Source: an uncultured archaeon (GTDB lineage Archaea; Micrarchaeota; Micrarchaeia; Micrarchaeales; CABMGC01). Taken from it: a DNA stretch of 64,000 nt. The translations under genes and the position numbers were made by a program. Each line of letters opens with the position of its first letter. Positions within the stretch are counted from its first letter, which is position 1. The notes under the pieces are model-generated. The model did not search any database. It had not been told where the DNA came from and was given only the letters and a program-made list of their open reading frames with translations. This document shows, in pieces, positions 18,204 to 28,252 of the stretch. The stretch spans positions 32,001 to 96,000 of the forward strand of contig CAWBCT010000013.1 of NCBI GenBank assembly GCA_963787445.1, in the 5' to 3' direction.

Positions 18204-20552
18204 CTATTTCAGCACGCTAATCCTCAGTCCGGTCTCAGGAAGTTCGATCTCGCCTTTTCCTTTAGTGATCTTCTTTACTTTCATGGCGCCCTTGATATCC
18301 TCAAGCCCTTCTTTCAGGTCGCCCTCTATGGTCAGTTCTGAGAGATCCGCGTTAAGCGCCATCTTGTTGTCGTGCTTCCAGGACCTTACCGCAGAGATGA
18401 CCTTGCAGATCTTCTCGCCCTGCTCAATGGACTTTTCGTCCACCAGCTTCTTTTCGAATGCAGGCCAAGATGAGATATGTATCGAGCTCTTCCCTACCTC
18501 ATCCCTGTAAAGCTCCTGGTAGATCTCCTCGGTTATGTAGGGAATGAAAGGCGCGAACAGCTTCAGGAGGGTGAGAAAGACCTCATTGAGCGCGTAGTTC
18601 GCGCTGGTGTCCTTGTCATAGATCCGGTATTTGATGAACTCAAGGTAGTTGTCGCAGAAGAACCAGAAGAACTCCTCCACCACGCGCTTCGCGCCCGCGT
18701 AGTTGTACTGCTCGAACTCCTCGGTTGCCTGCTTCACCACCAGCCTCGCCCTGGAAAGTATCCACTTGTCCATGATATTTGTAGGAACCTTGTCCGTGCT
18801 CTTGTTGCTCGAGACAAACCTTGCCACGTTCCAGAGCTTGTTGACAAGCCTTGCCCCTGTGATTACATCCTTGTCCTGGAATGAGGCATCCTCCCCAAGC
18901 CTTGTCGAGCTTGCCCAATACCGAAGTGCGTCGGCTCCGTGTCTTTGGATTATCGGCATTGGCTCTACCGTATTGCCCTGCGACTTATGCATCGGCTTTC
19001 CATGCTGGTCAAGCCCATGGCCCGAGATGATTACATCTTTCCATGGGAGCTTGCCCGTGTGCAGGTAGGACTTTACAACCGTTGTGAAGAGCCAGAAGGA
19101 GATTATGTCGTGCGCCTGTGGCCTAAGCGACATCGGGAAGATCTCCATGCGCTCTCCCTCGAGGCCCCATCTTGCATTTATCAGCGGAGTTAACGATGAG
19201 GTAGCCCAGGTGTCCAGCACGTCCTGCTCAGGCACGTACTCGGTTGAACCACATTTGCCGCACTTCTTGCCCGGCTTTGAGCTCAGCGGGTTGACCGGCA
19301 GTTCTTTCTTGTCTGGGAAGATGGGCTCATCGCACTTCTTGCAATACCAGACCGGGAATGGGATTCCATAGTAGCGCTGCCTGGAGATCCCCCAATCCCA
19401 CTGCAGACCGTTGACCCAGTTATCGTAACGCACCTTCATGTGCTTCGGGGTCCAGTTGATCTGGCCGCCGAGCTCGAGAAGCTTGTCCTTCAGGTCGAGG
19501 TATTTTATGTACCACTGCTTCTTGACCAGGAACTCTATCTCTGTCTTGCAGCGTTCGTGAACATTAACATTGTGCTCAATCTCCTTTTCTGCTATCAAGA
19601 ACCCCTTCTCCTTGAGCTCTGTGATTATCGCCTCCCTGGCCTCTTTGATCTTCATCCCCTTGAAATGGGGGTCTAGCATCCGTCCGTGCCCATCAATGAT
19701 TATCTTGAGGGGGAGGTTGTATGCTTTGTACCATTCTATGTCGGTCAGGTCGCCGAAAGTGCAGCACATAACCACCCCCGTGCCCTTCTCCGGGTCTACG
19801 CGCCTGTCTGCAAGTATCGTAACTTCCTGCTCAAAGATCGGCACCTTCACCTTCTTTCCTACAAGCTTCGCATTCTTTTTATCATCCGGGTTGACGAAAA
19901 TGGCGACGCACGCCGGGAGCATCTCAGGCCTGGTCGTTGCTATCACCACGTCCTTCGAGAACTTCAACGTGACAAATTTTGACTTGAGTAGCTTATCCTC
20001 AAGTTCCATCTGCGAAAGCGAGGTTCCCTCCTTGGCGCACCAAATGGTGGGCGTCTCCTTTCTGTAGGCCCTGCCCATCTTGTTTAGCTCTAGGAATGAG
20101 TACTGGGAGATCTTCTGCACGTCCCTGCTTATCGTAGTGTAAAAGAACTGCCAATCGACAGAGACGCCGACCGTCTTCCAGATGTCAACGTACATCTTTT
20201 CATACTCCTTTATGCTGGTCTCCACCAGCTCAATGAACTTCTCGCGTCCCACCTTTTCCGCAGTCACATTGTTCTGCTTCTCAACAAGAATCTCCGTTGG
20301 CAGCCCATTGTTATCAAGGCCGAACGGATAGAAGACGCTGAAACCATTCATTCGCTTGTAACGAGCTATGAAGTCTGCCTGCGAATAGGAGAAAACGTGG
20401 CCAACGTGAATGAAACCTGAAACTGTCGGAGGCGGTGTGTCTATGGCATAGATCTCGCCGGCCTTCTTGCCCTTGAATTTGTAGATGCCCTCCTTCTCCC
20501 AGAACTCGCGTAGGCGCGGCTCCGCTTCCTTGGGGTCGTATCTATCCTGCAT
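18204..20552 (-). CDS. valS: Valyl-tRNA synthetase (archaeal type)
   Basis: DTPPPTVSG, HVGH, ATTRPE, DWGISRQR, PMHKS. Confidence 0.96.
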   Translation of the reverse strand: MQDRYDPKEAEPRLREFWEKEGIYKFKGKKAGEIYAIDTPPPTVSGFIHVGHVFSYSQADFIARYKRMNGFSVFYPFGLDNNGLPTEILVEKQNNVTAEKVGREKFIELVETSIKEYEKMYVDIWKTVGVSVDWQFFYTTISRDVQKISQYSFLELNKMGRAYRKETPTIWCAKEGTSLSQMELEDKLLKSKFVTLKFSKDVVIATTRPEMLPACVAIFVNPDDKKNAKLVGKKVKVPIFEQEVTILADRRVDPEKGTGVVMCCTFGDLTDIEWYKAYNLPLKIIIDGHGRMLDPHFKGMKIKEAREAIITELKEKGFLIAEKEIEHNVNVHERCKTEIEFLVKKQWYIKYLDLKDKLLELGGQINWTPKHMKVRYDNWVNGLQWDWGISRQRYYGIPFPVWYCKKCDEPIFPDKKELPVNPLSSKPGKKCGKCGSTEYVPEQDVLDTWATSSLTPLINARWGLEGERMEIFPMSLRPQAHDIISFWLFTTVVKSYLHTGKLPWKDVIISGHGLDQHGKPMHKSQGNTVEPMPIIQRHGADALRYWASSTRLGEDASFQDKDVITGARLVNKLWNVARFVSSNKSTDKVPTNIMDKWILSRARLVVKQATEEFEQYNYAGAKRVVEEFFWFFCDNYLEFIKYRIYDKDTSANYALNEVFLTLLKLFAPFIPYITEEIYQELYRDEVGKSSIHISSWPAFEKKLVDEKSIEQGEKICKVISAVRSWKHDNKMALNADLSELTIEGDLKEGLEDIKGAMKVKKITKGKGEIELPETGLRISVLK

Positions 20553-20603
20553 GTTGTTCTATTAGCGGGAATATGTATAAAAGGATTAGGAATGCCGAGG
20601 AGT

Positions 20604-21317
20604 CTAGCCCCACATCTCTGCGAATATGTGCTTCTCGTCAACGCCCATGGAGATGAGCCCTGTCTTCAGTGCCTTCACGAATTCAGGCGGGCCGCAGATA
20701 TAGCTGACCCTGTCCTTCACATCCGGAACCTCACGAAGTATCATGTTCGTGTCAACGTGGCCCTTCTCTCCATTCCATCCGTCGCCATCGGCTGGCCTGG
20801 TCACCGTCACCACGGTCTTAACCCCGAGCTTCTGTTCTATCTCACCAAGCTCGTCCTTGTTGATAATTTCTGTGGGATACCTCACGCTGTACAGCATCCT
20901 GCCGTCAATCTTCTGGGCCTTCCTCTCTATGTTCCTGAGCATGGAGAGGAATGGCGCAAGCCCTGTGCCGCCTGCGAGGAAGAGGAATTTCTCTCCTGAG
21001 TTTATGTCAAACTTGAATTGTCCATACGGAGCCGAGACAGAGTAAACGTCACCAACTTTTGCTAACGCGAGCTTGCTGGTGAACTTTCCGCCTATCAGTG
21101 CAATAAGAAATTCAAGCGTGCTTGAAGGCGGGGCGTTGGCTATCGAGAATGCCCTGGCTATCTTTTCGCCTGTGGTAGGATCATTGTACTGCAGCATCGC
21201 GAACATCCCCGGGACGAAATCGATCTCAGTGCCGTCCTGCGCCCTGAAGGTGAACTCTGAGACCAGAGGCGTAAGCTTCTTGACTTCTGTAAGGATATAG
21301 GGCTTGTTGGTTATCAT
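20604..21317 (-). CDS. FAD/NAD(P)-dependent oxidoreductase, ferredoxin-NADP reductase family
   Basis: RAFSIA, GKFTS, AGGTGLAPF, YICGPP, terminal EMW. Confidence 0.9.
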   Translation of the reverse strand: MITNKPYILTEVKKLTPLVSEFTFRAQDGTEIDFVPGMFAMLQYNDPTTGEKIARAFSIANAPPSSTLEFLIALIGGKFTSKLALAKVGDVYSVSAPYGQFKFDINSGEKFLFLAGGTGLAPFLSMLRNIERKAQKIDGRMLYSVRYPTEIINKDELGEIEQKLGVKTVVTVTRPADGDGWNGEKGHVDTNMILREVPDVKDRVSYICGPPEFVKALKTGLISMGVDEKHIFAEMWG

Positions 21318-21337
21318 CGAAAAGCCTGCTTGGAGAG

Positions 21338-21676
21338 CTACTGGCTCTTCATGCTCGTCATGTTCTCTATGGCGCGCTCGTGCTTCTCCATCGCCTTCAC
21401 TATCTCCTTGAGCTTGGGGTTGATGTTGTAGCCGAGGTCGTAGCCGCGCTCTGTCCTGATGTGCGTAGGCTGAAGAACATTGAGTGTCATTGAAAGAGTT
21501 CTAAGGGTGAGTATGAGGGTCTTGCGCGTGAAGCTCTTTCCGAGCTCCAAATACAGCTCGCGCGTGGTTCTTGGCGACTTTATCATGAGGAGTTTCAACA
21601 CCGCATAGTTTGGCTTGCTCATCAGCTTTCGGATAAGCCAAATCTCATCATCATTCTTATCTCTCTTCGCCATCAA
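21338..21676 (-). CDS. Winged-helix DNA-binding protein
   Basis: wHTH-like pattern; 20 nt upstream of the FNR-like gene. Confidence 0.55.
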   Translation of the reverse strand: MMAKRDKNDDEIWLIRKLMSKPNYAVLKLLMIKSPRTTRELYLELGKSFTRKTLILTLRTLSMTLNVLQPTHIRTERGYDLGYNINPKLKEIVKAMEKHERAIENMTSMKSQ

Positions 21677-21819
21677 TCTCCCAGTCTAATATGAACAAGT
21701 AAGTTTTATAAATACCTTTCCCTCGTTCTCCCCTCCACATCGCTACCGAATCCTAGCCTAATAGAAAGGTATAAAAAGAGTAATGGGTATTACATATACC
21801 AAAGTAATTTTCTGATACT

Positions 21820-23331
21820 ATGCTCCTAGCCAAATTACGTCGACAGATGCTTTTTCACTCTAACAAAAAGCAGGAAATGGTGAGTTCACAAAGATTGAGC
21901 TTCGAGATAGATACGCCCATCTCCGCGCCTCCTGTAAAATCCTTTACAATGGGCACATCCTGCACAATCGTGACTGCGCATGGCACAAATTTCTACAACG
22001 TAGGCGACCATCGCCTCTCAAGGCACGAGCACGAACTCCTGTCGCTTGCCAAATCTTCAGTCATAGAGGCGCTGGCCTCCCTTGATGTCCCGATCTCCAT
22101 GTCCCTGTTTGAGCAGGCACGGGCGATAGCGAACGCGCGCCTTGCGCAAAGCGCTGACCAGCCCACCGCTTCGTACCTTTCGTACCTGGTCGCGCACGAC
22201 ACCGTTGGCTTTGGCCCGATAAGCCTACTGATGGAGAACCGCTCTAACATGGAAGAGATAGAGATCAGCTCTCCCAGCGAGCCCATCTCCGTGTACCTGT
22301 CGGATTTTGGCCGCTGCAAGACAAACCTCTCTTTCAGGGATGAGCAGAGCTTCAGGCAGTACATCAATAAGTTCATCTATGAAAGCGAAAAGGAGCTAGG
22401 CGAAAACATGCCGATCATCGACGCCCAGGTCGGGGAAGCCCGGATTCACGCCCAGATAAGGCCCTATGCGGTCAACGGCGGTGCAGCCTCCATAAGGCTC
22501 GGGCGCGGCAAGCAGATGGGCGCGTACGCGCTTCTAAGGAGCTCGACGCTGTCCCCGGAGATTCTCGCCTACCTGTGGACGGCCCTGGACTCGTCAATGA
22601 ACTTTGTGATCTCCGGCGCTCCCGGGAGCGGGAAAACCACGCTGGTCCACGCGTTGGCGCAGTTCGTCCCGTGGCACAGCAAGCTGGTCACCATAGAGGA
22701 TGATGTCAACGAGCTGAAGCTGGACGGCCCGTCGATGAACACGGTGGCGCTCTACGGGTCCAAGTTCAGCGGGATAAGCGCCAAAGCCCAGGTGATAAAT
22801 GCGCTGAGGATGCGTCCGGACCGAATAGTGATAGGGGAGATAAGGGGCGAGGAGGCGTCGGAGCTGTTTTCCGGCGCAAACCTCGGGACGCCCTTCATGA
22901 CCACCATGCACAGCAGCGAGGAGCCCCTTGGGGTCATAAAGAAACTGCTTGTTAAGCCCATGCGGGTTGAGCCGGGCTCCCTGAGCATGCTTGACTTCTC
23001 GGTTTACATGAAGCAGCAGGACCTGAAGAACAGGACGGTAAACGGAATATCAGAATACAAATGGCTGAGCCGCGCCGAGACCGAGGAGGGGACCGTGGTC
23101 GGCGACTATGACCTGGTGAAACACAGCTGCATCGTTGAAGACTCAAAGCTCGCTTCAGGGTTCATGGAGGTCTCGAAGGTCATCGCTGCAAACGCCAGGA
23201 TAACTGGGCTTTCAGAGGCTGCAGCAAAGAAAGAGTTCGAAAGCCGGGTCTCCATAATCAAAAAGGCCCTATCGTCGTCCAAGAATGAGGATGAGTTCAG
23301 GCAAAACATATGGAAGGCATGGTACTCATGA
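21820..23331 (+). CDS. Type IV pilus/secretion ATPase (CpaF/VirB11/FlaI-like)
   Basis: GAPGSGKTT, TIED, ALRMRPDRIVIGEIRG, TTMH; start uncertain. Confidence 0.92.
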   Translation: MLLAKLRRQMLFHSNKKQEMVSSQRLSFEIDTPISAPPVKSFTMGTSCTIVTAHGTNFYNVGDHRLSRHEHELLSLAKSSVIEALASLDVPISMSLFEQARAIANARLAQSADQPTASYLSYLVAHDTVGFGPISLLMENRSNMEEIEISSPSEPISVYLSDFGRCKTNLSFRDEQSFRQYINKFIYESEKELGENMPIIDAQVGEARIHAQIRPYAVNGGAASIRLGRGKQMGAYALLRSSTLSPEILAYLWTALDSSMNFVISGAPGSGKTTLVHALAQFVPWHSKLVTIEDDVNELKLDGPSMNTVALYGSKFSGISAKAQVINALRMRPDRIVIGEIRGEEASELFSGANLGTPFMTTMHSSEEPLGVIKKLLVKPMRVEPGSLSMLDFSVYMKQQDLKNRTVNGISEYKWLSRAETEEGTVVGDYDLVKHSCIVEDSKLASGFMEVSKVIAANARITGLSEAAAKKEFESRVSIIKKALSSSKNEDEFRQNIWKAWYS

Positions 23332-24029
23332 ATAGATTATCGGTTCTGCATACTTCCTGTTTTGTGCTGCTCGGCTCCAGCATTTTTGCTGTTTCCACAA
23401 TAATGGCAGAAGGACTAACCCTCTCTTCGTCCCTGCTCGACCTACTCCTCTCCTTTTCCTCATCGTTCATAATCATCCTTTGCATAAGCATAATAGAAGA
23501 CGCGCAAAAATCAAAGGTCCTGGAAGAGGCCTTTGTAAATTGTCTGCGTTCCACCATTTTTTACAACTCTAACGGAACCCCGCTTGCCCATGCTCTCGAG
23601 CTTTCCCTGACCCCGTCCACCCCGAACCCCATAAAAAGCGAGATAAGACGCACCGCAAGCAGGATCCAACTCGGAATCGACAAACCCGAACTATTCATCT
23701 CCCCGAACCTTCTGAAGTTCTGTAACACCTTCAAAGTCTCTCCGGGCAGGGTCACCGATGTTGGAGGCCTTGGCGCGCTTCTGGAAGCCCACGACCTTCA
23801 TCTCAACGAGCAGCTCTCCTACATCGAGTCTTCAATCCAGAAGTTCGCCACGGCAAACATGTTTTTAGCGGTGATAGCACCATCGTTCATTCTTTTTGCA
23901 TTTATTGGCAACTCCATAATCTCCCAGGGCCAATCTGACCTGCGCTTGCTGTACGTTCTGCTTCTTGGCGTTATCCCGGCTCTGTACGCTCTCTCGAGCC
24001 TGCTCTTCTCAAGGCGAATAAATGCTTAA
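23328..24029 (+). CDS. Pilus assembly platform protein (TadB/TadC-like)
   Basis: ATGA overlap with the ATPase; TM-cytoplasmic-TM layout; 'GTPLAHAL...RIQLG'. Confidence 0.7.
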   Translation: MNRLSVLHTSCFVLLGSSIFAVSTIMAEGLTLSSSLLDLLLSFSSSFIIILCISIIEDAQKSKVLEEAFVNCLRSTIFYNSNGTPLAHALELSLTPSTPNPIKSEIRRTASRIQLGIDKPELFISPNLLKFCNTFKVSPGRVTDVGGLGALLEAHDLHLNEQLSYIESSIQKFATANMFLAVIAPSFILFAFIGNSIISQGQSDLRLLYVLLLGVIPALYALSSLLFSRRINA

Positions 24030-24777
24030 ACACGTGCCTGAACTGCTTTTTTGCGCCTTGGAAGTGGGTCTGCTTCTCGCTTACCTGTTTTGGGGCTTTG
24101 GTTTGCTGCTTTTCGCCCTGCTGGCAGTTGCAATATCGCACCTTCTTTGGAGGCGAAAGCAAAAAAGGCCCAATGAGGATTGGCTCTCATCCTACTGCCA
24201 CGTGTTAGGTGCCAAATACTCCGCCAGCGGTGCCCTGGTTCATAGCGTTGAAAAGGTTTGCTCAGATCTAGGCTCCTCTCCCTTTTCAGAGATTCCAAGA
24301 CGGTTCCGCCTTGGCGATGATGAACCTTCACGTAATTCGGCGCCCCCTGGCTTCACAAAAAGCTTGTACGAGATGCTTGGGTTCAGCATAAAAACCGGAA
24401 GATCGGTGCGATCATCGGTGGAAAAGCTGCATAGGAGCCTATTGCACGAGACCAAGTCGAAGAACCTGACTTCAGCCAAGGTGGGCACGATGAGCTCCAT
24501 AACCTACCTGGGCTTGGTCTTCTTCCTTCCGATGTTTGGTGCCGTAAGCTCGACCATCTTCTCCACCCTTTCAACATCGGCCGCAGCCTCAGCGGGCTCG
24601 GCCCAGAACCTGGCATTCGCCGTTTTGATCTACATAGCGCTGGGCCTTTACATAACCGCCTATGCCTATGGGGAGCGCAGGAGATTCTCAGAGATGACCT
24701 CTGCCATCCTGCCTCTACTTTCGGTAGCAGCCTTTGTGCTGTTCTTCACCTACACCTACATTTCCACTCTACTATGA
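24022..24777 (+). CDS. Second pilus platform protein (TadB/TadC-like)
   Basis: 'RRFRLG', 'SIKTGRS', 'FFLPMFGAV'; C-terminal TMs. Confidence 0.7.
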   Translation: MLKHVPELLFCALEVGLLLAYLFWGFGLLLFALLAVAISHLLWRRKQKRPNEDWLSSYCHVLGAKYSASGALVHSVEKVCSDLGSSPFSEIPRRFRLGDDEPSRNSAPPGFTKSLYEMLGFSIKTGRSVRSSVEKLHRSLLHETKSKNLTSAKVGTMSSITYLGLVFFLPMFGAVSSTIFSTLSTSAAASAGSAQNLAFAVLIYIALGLYITAYAYGERRRFSEMTSAILPLLSVAAFVLFFTYTYISTLL

Positions 24778-24786
24778 GGTAATAAT

Positions 24787-25086
24787 ATGAGAAATACGAG
24801 AAGAAATTGGAAGACAAGAACAAACATCGCAGTCCGTTGCGTGACCCGGCTCCTGGTGCCGCCCGAGGCGCGCTCGCTGCTCGCTGTGGCGAGCTCCAGG
24901 AAGGGGCAGGGCTCGCTGGAGTACATCATGATGGTGGCTGCCGCCAGCGTGGTGATCGTGATAGCCCTGGCGATGGTGGTGAAGCTGAAGGGTTCCGCCT
25001 CGAGCACGGTCTTGGTGAACGGGAACTCGATGAGCGTCTCCCAGGCCATTTCGACCGAGCTCGGGAACCTGACCAGCGGAGTCTGA
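24787..25086 (+). CDS. Type IV pilin with class III signal peptide (candidate major pilin)
   Basis: RKG/QGSLEY plus hydrophobic helix; about 59-aa mature protein. Confidence 0.85.
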   Translation: MRNTRRNWKTRTNIAVRCVTRLLVPPEARSLLAVASSRKGQGSLEYIMMVAAASVVIVIALAMVVKLKGSASSTVLVNGNSMSVSQAISTELGNLTSGV

Positions 25087-25106
25087 AAACAGCCAGCGGT
25101 GGAGAG

Positions 25107-25466
25107 ATGCATCTGCAGCTATCGGTAGAGTTTCTGATCTACCTCGCCATCTGCGGGGTAGCCCTTCTCGTCTCGGTAGCTGCGCTTTCCACCTACCTGC
25201 GCAGCCTCTCCGGCTCGAGCAGCGCCCAGGCGAACTCGACCTTTGCCTGGCTTCTCTCCTCTGCGGAGTACTCCGGCGTGAGCAACTTCAGCGCCTACGT
25301 CCCAAGCGGGATCTGCGCTTCAGGATCTCCCCCACAGCTGACTCCGGAGAACTCAGGCTATTACCTGCCCGAGGCCGTGGGGCTGGACAGGGCCTCCCTG
25401 TGCCCCTCCGGACGGAGCGAGCAGTTGACGCTGGAGGAGAGCAACGGGAGTGTGGTGCTTAGATGA
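25107..25466 (+). CDS. Minor pilin-like protein
   Basis: MHL/QLSVEF plus hydrophobic helix; Cys pair. Confidence 0.75.
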   Translation: MHLQLSVEFLIYLAICGVALLVSVAALSTYLRSLSGSSSAQANSTFAWLLSSAEYSGVSNFSAYVPSGICASGSPPQLTPENSGYYLPEAVGLDRASLCPSGRSEQLTLEESNGSVVLR

Positions 25467-25672
25467 GGCTCCAGATCAGCTTCGAGCTCCTGGTCTCGCT
25501 CTCCCTAGCGTTCGCCCTGATGTTCTACCTGGCCGGTGCGCTGCTGGGCCTTGCGCCACGGCTCAGCAACTTGCAGCAGAGCGCCTCATCCCAGGTCGCG
25601 AACTCCGTGAACCTGACGCAAAGCATGGCGCTCCAGGCCGGATGCTTCGAATCAAGCCAGGTGCCAGGATGA
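25463..25672 (+). CDS. Minor pilin-like protein
   Basis: MRL/QISFEL plus hydrophobic helix; ATGA overlap. Confidence 0.75.
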   Translation: MRLQISFELLVSLSLAFALMFYLAGALLGLAPRLSNLQQSASSQVANSVNLTQSMALQAGCFESSQVPG

Positions 25673-26007
25673 GGGCCGTGCTGATCTCCCTTGACCTGCT
25701 GATCGCGCTTCCGATACTGTTCACCGCGATCACCCTCTTCCTGGTTTATTCCTACTCTTCGGTTGGGTACCTTTCCTCAAGCTCTTCGGGCGCCTCCGCC
25801 TTGTTTGAGCTTTATCTCCGGTCGGTCCCGTTTTACAACACGCTGAGCTCCTCGCTGGCGTACAACCAGAGTTCCGGCCTACTGTACTCCTCCCCGAACG
25901 AGAGCTTCGCACTCGAACCCCTTGCCATCATTAGCGGTTGCGGATCAGAGTACGCCTGCAGGATAGTTCCGGTGTCTGGAAAACTTGAGGTGTTGGTGGG
26001 AAGATGA
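25669..26007 (+). CDS. Minor pilin-like protein
   Basis: MRA/VLISLD plus hydrophobic helix; ATGA overlap. Confidence 0.7.
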   Translation: MRAVLISLDLLIALPILFTAITLFLVYSYSSVGYLSSSSSGASALFELYLRSVPFYNTLSSSLAYNQSSGLLYSSPNESFALEPLAIISGCGSEYACRIVPVSGKLEVLVGR

Positions 26008-27296
26008 ATAAAAGAATTCAGACGAGCATAGAATTCGTCATACTGCTCACGTGCGTCTCCACGCTTTCCCTCTCGGGGATACTTTTGTTTAAGAGCCTCG
26101 AGACGCAGGGCTCAAGCGCCGTGTCCGCGATTGCGAACAAGACCCTGACCGCCCAAACCAGGTCCTACGTCCCGGTGAGCACAGGATCGCCCTACCTGAA
26201 CATTTATTTTCCGGAAAACTCGACCCTCGGAACCCCAAACCGAATGCAGATAGACGCCTACGGCTGCGATAGCGGCCATGCGCAGATAAACATCTCATCA
26301 AACTCCCTCACCTTTTCAAGGACAAAGATAACCGCGAATCTTACCGGGATCTCTGTCGAAAATGTATCCTTCGAGCCGTTGCAGGCCGGGCCGGCGACAG
26401 GTTCTGTCACGTACACGATGAACTGCGGTTCCACGAATGACTCTGGTTCCTACCCCCTTTGGACATACGCGACCTACAGGCAGCAATCCCCCGGCCAGCA
26501 GGACGATTACGCGGTCATCACCGCAAGAAATGAGAGCCTACTCTACCGCCTGCTGAATCTGGGCGGAATCTACAACTTCACCACCTTCAACCACTGCACC
26601 TTTGTGAACTTTTGGACCGTCCCCTACAGCGCGGACAGGCAATGCTATTATGACACCGGAGCCTCGGATTATCTGGCATTTGATGGCAGTTGCCTGGCCC
26701 CAGACTACCCCTACAGCAGAGCCTACTGCGATGTTCCAGACCTTCTGAATTACAACATCAGCCAGCTCAACTCATCCTACTCTCTAGACTACTCGTTTAA
26801 GCTCACGCTTCAGACCGCCCTTGGGCTTGCCTCAGCAAACCTCACCTCGGCCTCCCAAAACTCTACGGTGTACTCAAACGGGCAGGCGATAGGCACTGCC
26901 AGCGTCTCAGAGTCCTACGCCCCTTCCTATCTGCCGCAGCAGATTATCGTGCAAGGGCCGGGCCAGGCCTACAGCTACGGAAACGCGACCGCCTACTCGC
27001 AGTATGAGCAGGCCTACGACAGCCTCAACGATCTTTTGCAGTTTTACAACAATGCCGAGATATCTGGAGACAGCCAGGCCAGCATACAAGTCTCGCTGTA
27101 CGCGGTCTCAACAAGCTCATCGGCTTTCCTGCGCTCGCTCACCGGCATAACCGGAAGTTCCTGCGAAGTCAATGGGGGAGTATACCGATGCCCTTCCAAG
27201 GTGCCGTTCACCTACCAGATAAACGTGAACCTGCCGGGCCTGGAAGGTCAAAACGAGTCGCTGAACTATGCGGGAACCCTGGTAAGGATAAATTAA
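26004..27296 (+). CDS. Large pilin-like adhesin, Cys- and N-glycosylation sequon-rich
   Basis: KRI/QTSIEF; many NxS/T sequons; several Cys. Confidence 0.78.
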   Translation: MNKRIQTSIEFVILLTCVSTLSLSGILLFKSLETQGSSAVSAIANKTLTAQTRSYVPVSTGSPYLNIYFPENSTLGTPNRMQIDAYGCDSGHAQINISSNSLTFSRTKITANLTGISVENVSFEPLQAGPATGSVTYTMNCGSTNDSGSYPLWTYATYRQQSPGQQDDYAVITARNESLLYRLLNLGGIYNFTTFNHCTFVNFWTVPYSADRQCYYDTGASDYLAFDGSCLAPDYPYSRAYCDVPDLLNYNISQLNSSYSLDYSFKLTLQTALGLASANLTSASQNSTVYSNGQAIGTASVSESYAPSYLPQQIIVQGPGQAYSYGNATAYSQYEQAYDSLNDLLQFYNNAEISGDSQASIQVSLYAVSTSSSAFLRSLTGITGSSCEVNGGVYRCPSKVPFTYQINVNLPGLEGQNESLNYAGTLVRIN

Positions 27297-27303
27297 TGGT
27301 TTT

Positions 27304-27666
27304 ATGAAGGCACAATTTGCAACATTTGAAGCGCTTGCAGCAGCGTTCGTGATTACTTTGGCGATGGCTTCCGGATCGGCCATCATCGGCTCCTATGCCT
27401 CACGGCAGTACTACTCATCGGAGCACCTCCGCCTGGTGCTTGCCGAACATGACTTCGTGGAATCCTCGCTGGTTAACTATTCCTTGGACTCCTGCATACT
27501 CTCCTATGTGCAAAACAGGAGCAGCTGCATGGGCTATTATTCCTCCTATTTTTCCAAGCTCTATGGCCTGGGCCAGTTCAACATCTCGGCACCTGGAAAC
27601 TTTACCACTGGCGAAAGCTGCTTTCCGGTATTGAATTCGACCCGGCTCCTTTGTTTTGGTGATTGA
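27304..27666 (+). CDS. Minor pilin-like protein
   Basis: MKA/QFATFE plus hydrophobic helix; Cys pairs. Confidence 0.75.
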   Translation: MKAQFATFEALAAAFVITLAMASGSAIIGSYASRQYYSSEHLRLVLAEHDFVESSLVNYSLDSCILSYVQNRSSCMGYYSSYFSKLYGLGQFNISAPGNFTTGESCFPVLNSTRLLCFGD

Positions 27667-27945
27667 CTGGCCTTCTATGGAATTGCGATCACGATGACCA
27701 TAGCCCTGTGCGGATTTTATTTGGCGGCGATCAGCAACGCAACCTCTAATCTGGGTCTCATCGGGCTCCAGATGTATAAATTAGCCTCCATCACCGCTCT
27801 CCAAGCAAGCGGCTCCTCAACGGTAGGAAATCCGCCCTATGCTAACTTATCATTAAGAATAAACGGAGTCTATTCAAAGAACCTGAATGGTTCTACGATT
27901 ATGGGCTACGTTGGTTCGGGATTTTACTGCCTATTTCCGTCATAA
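27667..27945 (+). CDS. Small membrane-anchored protein of the pilus locus, probable CTG start
   Basis: In-frame CTG directly after the previous stop with GGTGA upstream; N-terminal hydrophobic helix. Confidence 0.55.
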   Translation: MAFYGIAITMTIALCGFYLAAISNATSNLGLIGLQMYKLASITALQASGSSTVGNPPYANLSLRINGVYSKNLNGSTIMGYVGSGFYCLFPS

Positions 27946-28033
27946 AAGAACAAAATATGCAATTTTGTAATACCTCTTGTATTCTTATAGTAATACATAT
28001 ATATCTTTGTAACTGTATAATATTGGTGAATTT

Positions 28034-28252
28034 ATGTCAGAAGTTATAACTCTTCGGGTAAGCCATGAGACAAAAAGGCTCATGAATCAGATGGACATAA
28101 ATTGGAGTGAGGAAATCCGGGGATACATAGAAGGAAGAACAAAATCTTTCCACCTGCATGGTCTACTGAATAGGATCAAGAAAAATGCAAAACAAATCAA
28201 AGTCAACACAGACAGCACCCGGCTGGTAAGAGCAGATCGTGATGCCAGATGA
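28034..28252 (+). CDS. vapB: VapB-type antitoxin
   Basis: 'VITLRVS...INWSEEIR'; ATGA overlap with the PIN toxin. Confidence 0.82.
   Translation: MSEVITLRVSHETKRLMNQMDINWSEEIRGYIEGRTKSFHLHGLLNRIKKNAKQIKVNTDSTRLVRADRDAR

Noticed and set aside
24807-25668. Long N-terminal extensions of the ORFs at 24807 and 25450
   Set aside because: They overlap other pilin genes out of frame; signal peptides begin at 25107 and 25669
21820-27945. Archaellum or conjugation system
   Set aside because: No archaellin, FlaH, VirB4, coupling protein or relaxase recognised
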